Positions 32,049 to 34,270 of a stretch of DNA of 34,270 nucleotides are shown here, in pieces. Each line of letters opens with the position of its first letter. Within the stretch, counting starts at the first letter, position 1. The stretch lies in the NCBI GenBank assembly GCA_964522905.1, contig CAZFXH010000279.1:1-34270 (forward strand), in the 5' to 3' direction. Both the position numbers and the translations under genes were made by a program. The notes under the pieces are model-generated. The model had not been told where the DNA came from. It searched no databases and saw nothing but the letters and a program-made list of their open reading frames with translations. The stretch comes from an uncultured Anaerolineaceae bacterium (lineage in GTDB: Bacteria > Chloroflexota > Limnocylindria > Limnocylindrales > CSP1-4).

Positions 32049-32177
32049 GGCGAAAGGATACGCGCGGCCCGGGATGGCGCCGCGGATCAGCCCGCCGTCG
32101 TCCGGGGCCGGAGAGCCGGCTCGTGGAAAAATGACACTCAGGACGTCCAGCGATGCACCAAGGAGGCCGATGACCTC

Positions 32178-32681
32178 ATGACCGATCCCACCCCGACCGC
32201 CGACCGCCCCAGGATCCCCACGGAATACGGCATCCCCAGATCGACGAAGGGCCTCCTGGCCTGGTCGCACCTCGTGGAGCGTCTGCTCGCCGCGACCGTG
32301 TACTGGGTCGCGACGTGCGGACCGGGCGGCGTCCCGCGGGTCCGCCCACTCGACGGCCTGTGGCACGCTGGCGTGCTGTACGTGGGCGGCAGCCCCAAGA
32401 CGCGCTGGGCGCGCGACCTCGCCGAGAACCCGCGGGTGGCGGTCCACCTCGACGACGGCGGCGACGCCGTGATCCTGGAAGGCGAGGCCGAACTGCTGGA
32501 GCATGGCGTCGACGCGACCCTGGCGGTCACCCTCGCCGAGCTGTCCAACGCGAAGTACCCGCAGTACGGGATGACCCCGGAGATGTACCGGGGCCCCGGA
32601 CAGTTCGCGATCCGCCCGAGGCTGGCGTTCGGGTGGACGAGCTTCCCCAGGGACGTGACCCGCTTCCGCTTCGACCGCTGA
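32178..32681 (+). CDS. pyridoxamine 5'-phosphate oxidase (PPOX)-family / F420- or FMN-binding split-barrel protein
   Basis: ATG 32178 lies 11 nt after AGGAGG. LLAWSHLVERLLAATVYWVATCGPGGVPRVRPLDGLWHAGVLYVGGSPKTRWARDLAENPRVAVHL is a typical PPOX-class fold pattern. Confidence 0.8.
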   Translation: MTDPTPTADRPRIPTEYGIPRSTKGLLAWSHLVERLLAATVYWVATCGPGGVPRVRPLDGLWHAGVLYVGGSPKTRWARDLAENPRVAVHLDDGGDAVILEGEAELLEHGVDATLAVTLAELSNAKYPQYGMTPEMYRGPGQFAIRPRLAFGWTSFPRDVTRFRFDR

Positions 32682-32708
32682 GCCGGGCGCTACGCCCGAC
32701 GGGGCGTT

Positions 32709-33956
32709 TCAGCCAGCTCCCTCGGCCGACGGCTCGGACTCCGCCGCGAGGAGGGCGACGGTCCGGCGCAGCCGGTCCGCCGGGTCGCCCTCGTGGTAGA
32801 CGCGCTCGGAGGGCTCGATCCGGTCGAGGAAGCTTCGATAGATGACGGCCTGCCGCGCGGCCGCGACCGGGGCAAGGAGTCGCGCGGCGCGCGTCGGATC
32901 GGCGCCAGGGACCATGCCCCGCCAGGCGGCGTCCCACCGCGCGCGAATCCCCGGCGCCTCCCCGGTCGGCGTGCGATCCAGGAATGCCGGCTGATCCAGC
33001 AGCGGCTGCCCGATGCCGCTGTCACCCCAGTCAAGGATGGTCATGGGGGCCGTCACCCCGTCGCCCCGCACGTTGCCTGGCGCGAAGTCGCCGTGGACGA
33101 TCGTGTCGGGCAGCCCGCAGGCCTCGACGGCCGCGAAGCGTGCGGGTAGTCCACGCAGGAAGCTGTCGAGCGTCGCGCGCTCGGCGGCGGCCAGCTGCTC
33201 AGCGGTTCGTTCGATGACGTCGGCCATCCCGGCAGGCAGGATCGTGCCGCGCCAATCCGGCAAGCCGATCGCGAGCAGCTCATCGACGCGCCCCGCCCAT
33301 GCCGCCTGGATCCGTACGAGGGCGTCGATCATCGTGAGCAGTTCGGTACCGGTCGCCTCGTAGCGATCATCGCCGGAGATCTCGGGCATGAGGATCCGTC
33401 CGCCGTCGGTCGCCAGCAGGACCGGCACGGGCTCGCCGGCCAGGCGTTCGATCATGGCGCCTTCGTGCGCGAAGAACTGCGGCACCACCTTGAGCCAGGC
33501 CGAGCCGGCGACGGTTGCCAGCTGCCAGATGCTCGACAGGTTCCAGGTCCGGATCTGCCTGGCGTCAGCGGTCCGCGGCCGACCGGCCCGGACAAGAACC
33601 GCATCCGCCCAGGCGAGGTCGGCAGCGGGGCCACCGACGTGCGCCCAGGGCAGGCGCAGAGGATGCTCGTCGAGGCGACCCGTCCAGGGGCGGACCGCCG
33701 CCCGCGCCGTCACGACATCCGGGGCGGCGACCTCGCCGAGATACGTCACCGCTCCGCCCGGGAAGCCCTCGCCATCGGTCTCGAGCAGGCGCAGGATCGT
33801 GGGCCGCAGCCCGAATCGTTTCCTGCAGGCGTCGACCACGGGCGCCGCGTCCTGCCACCAGGGAGACGAGACCGCCACGGTCGGCAACACGCCGATCACC
33901 GAACCGTCCGGTTCGACGAGGACGACGGTCGCGACGCGTGGCCTCGGCTGCGACAT
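32709..33956 (-). CDS. aminoglycoside-phosphotransferase-fold kinase with ~100-aa N-terminal extension
   Basis: Catalytic loop VHGDFAPGNV and metal-binding ILDWGDSGIG. Confidence 0.85.
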   Translation of the reverse strand: MSQPRPRVATVVLVEPDGSVIGVLPTVAVSSPWWQDAAPVVDACRKRFGLRPTILRLLETDGEGFPGGAVTYLGEVAAPDVVTARAAVRPWTGRLDEHPLRLPWAHVGGPAADLAWADAVLVRAGRPRTADARQIRTWNLSSIWQLATVAGSAWLKVVPQFFAHEGAMIERLAGEPVPVLLATDGGRILMPEISGDDRYEATGTELLTMIDALVRIQAAWAGRVDELLAIGLPDWRGTILPAGMADVIERTAEQLAAAERATLDSFLRGLPARFAAVEACGLPDTIVHGDFAPGNVRGDGVTAPMTILDWGDSGIGQPLLDQPAFLDRTPTGEAPGIRARWDAAWRGMVPGADPTRAARLLAPVAAARQAVIYRSFLDRIEPSERVYHEGDPADRLRRTVALLAAESEPSAEGAG

Positions 33957-34106
33957 ACTTCGCTACGCTCCGGCTTGACGGGCGACGATTCAGGAATCGA
34001 AATCGTCTATCGACGGAAATCGGGTTGCAGGGATACGGGGGACTTTGGCAGATTCCCTGCCGAACCAACCGGGCATCAGCATGCATCTGGCACGAGGAGG
34101 GACATC

Positions 34107-34270
34107 TTGCGGAGGAGCTTCGCGCGGTCCGGTCGACTCACGGCCGCGCTCGTCATCTCGATCCTGGTCCTGTGGACGTTCGCCCCGGCGGTCTCCGCGG
34201 ACGACGGCCTGGAGGTCACGACGCCCTACCCGGCCGTCGCGGTCGCCCCGGGCACGAAGGTCAGCTTCGA
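34107..34270 (+). CDS. secreted protein, N-terminal fragment (continues beyond window end)
   Basis: TTG 34107 lies 6 nt after GAGGAGGGA. MRRSFARSGRLTAALVISILVLWTFAPAVSADDGLEVTTPYPAVAVAPGTKVSF has a signal peptide with an AVSA-DD cleavage context. Confidence 0.6.
   Translation, partial: MRRSFARSGRLTAALVISILVLWTFAPAVSADDGLEVTTPYPAVAVAPGTKVSF

Noticed and set aside
33990-34080. Second ydaO-like element (AAUCG repeats, GGGAUAC, CCCUGCCGAACC)
   Set aside because: The individual words resemble ydaO blocks, but their order and spacing do not fit the pseudo-symmetric architecture. It is kept only as an unclassified structured leader.
1-34270. Mobile element, prophage or defence island signatures
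   Set aside because: The window has no transposase, integrase, recombinase, terminal inverted repeats, tRNA attachment site, restriction-modification or cas genes. Apart from short AT-rich patches, composition is uniform.

Overview
High-GC (about 70%), densely coding chromosomal segment of actinobacterial type (possibly Chloroflexota). I support about 36 protein-coding genes on both strands. I found no rRNA or tRNA genes, no CRISPR array, and no transposase, integrase or phage genes, so this reads as core or accessory-metabolic chromosome rather than a mobile island. Left to right: katG N-terminus (runs off the window), a degraded NTF2-like remnant, class II aldolase, an unannotated 45-aa zinc-ribbon ORF, tag, an alpha/beta hydrolase, a secreted SLT-type transglycosylase with a structured leader, and a cupin / APH-like kinase / RidA operon interrupted by a 62-bp tandem repeat. 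Then an ACC-deaminase-family PLP enzyme, a NatAB-like ABC exporter, a cupredoxin lipoprotein with a 4-TM partner, and a 1,844-aa soluble histidine kinase (6 GAF + 4 PAS + HisKA_3/HATPase) followed by a REC-only protein and a NarL-type regulator. Next come a GreA fused to an unassigned N-terminal domain, a class-C beta-lactamase-fold hydrolase, a hypothetical protein, an RhlE-like DEAD-box helicase with a long leader, a secreted protein with a clan-CD-like His/Cys pattern, and an HhH-GPD protein. Then a tiny membrane protein divergent from a MocR/GntR regulator, a degenerate GGDEF protein, an overlapping HipA-like kinase + DUF3037 pair, an acyl-ACP desaturase and DUF4112. A 530-bp gene-poor gap follows, holding a perfect 3 x 11-bp AT-rich tandem repeat. 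The window ends with a WYL (YafY-type) regulator with an upstream palindrome, a PAC2 protein, a PPOX-family protein, a second APH-fold kinase and the start of a secreted protein. The best candidates for undescribed biology are the HipA-like/DUF3037 module, the GreA fusion, the modular giant sensor kinase, and the two intergenic tandem-repeat elements. All functional calls rest on motif recognition by eye; no database search was possible.
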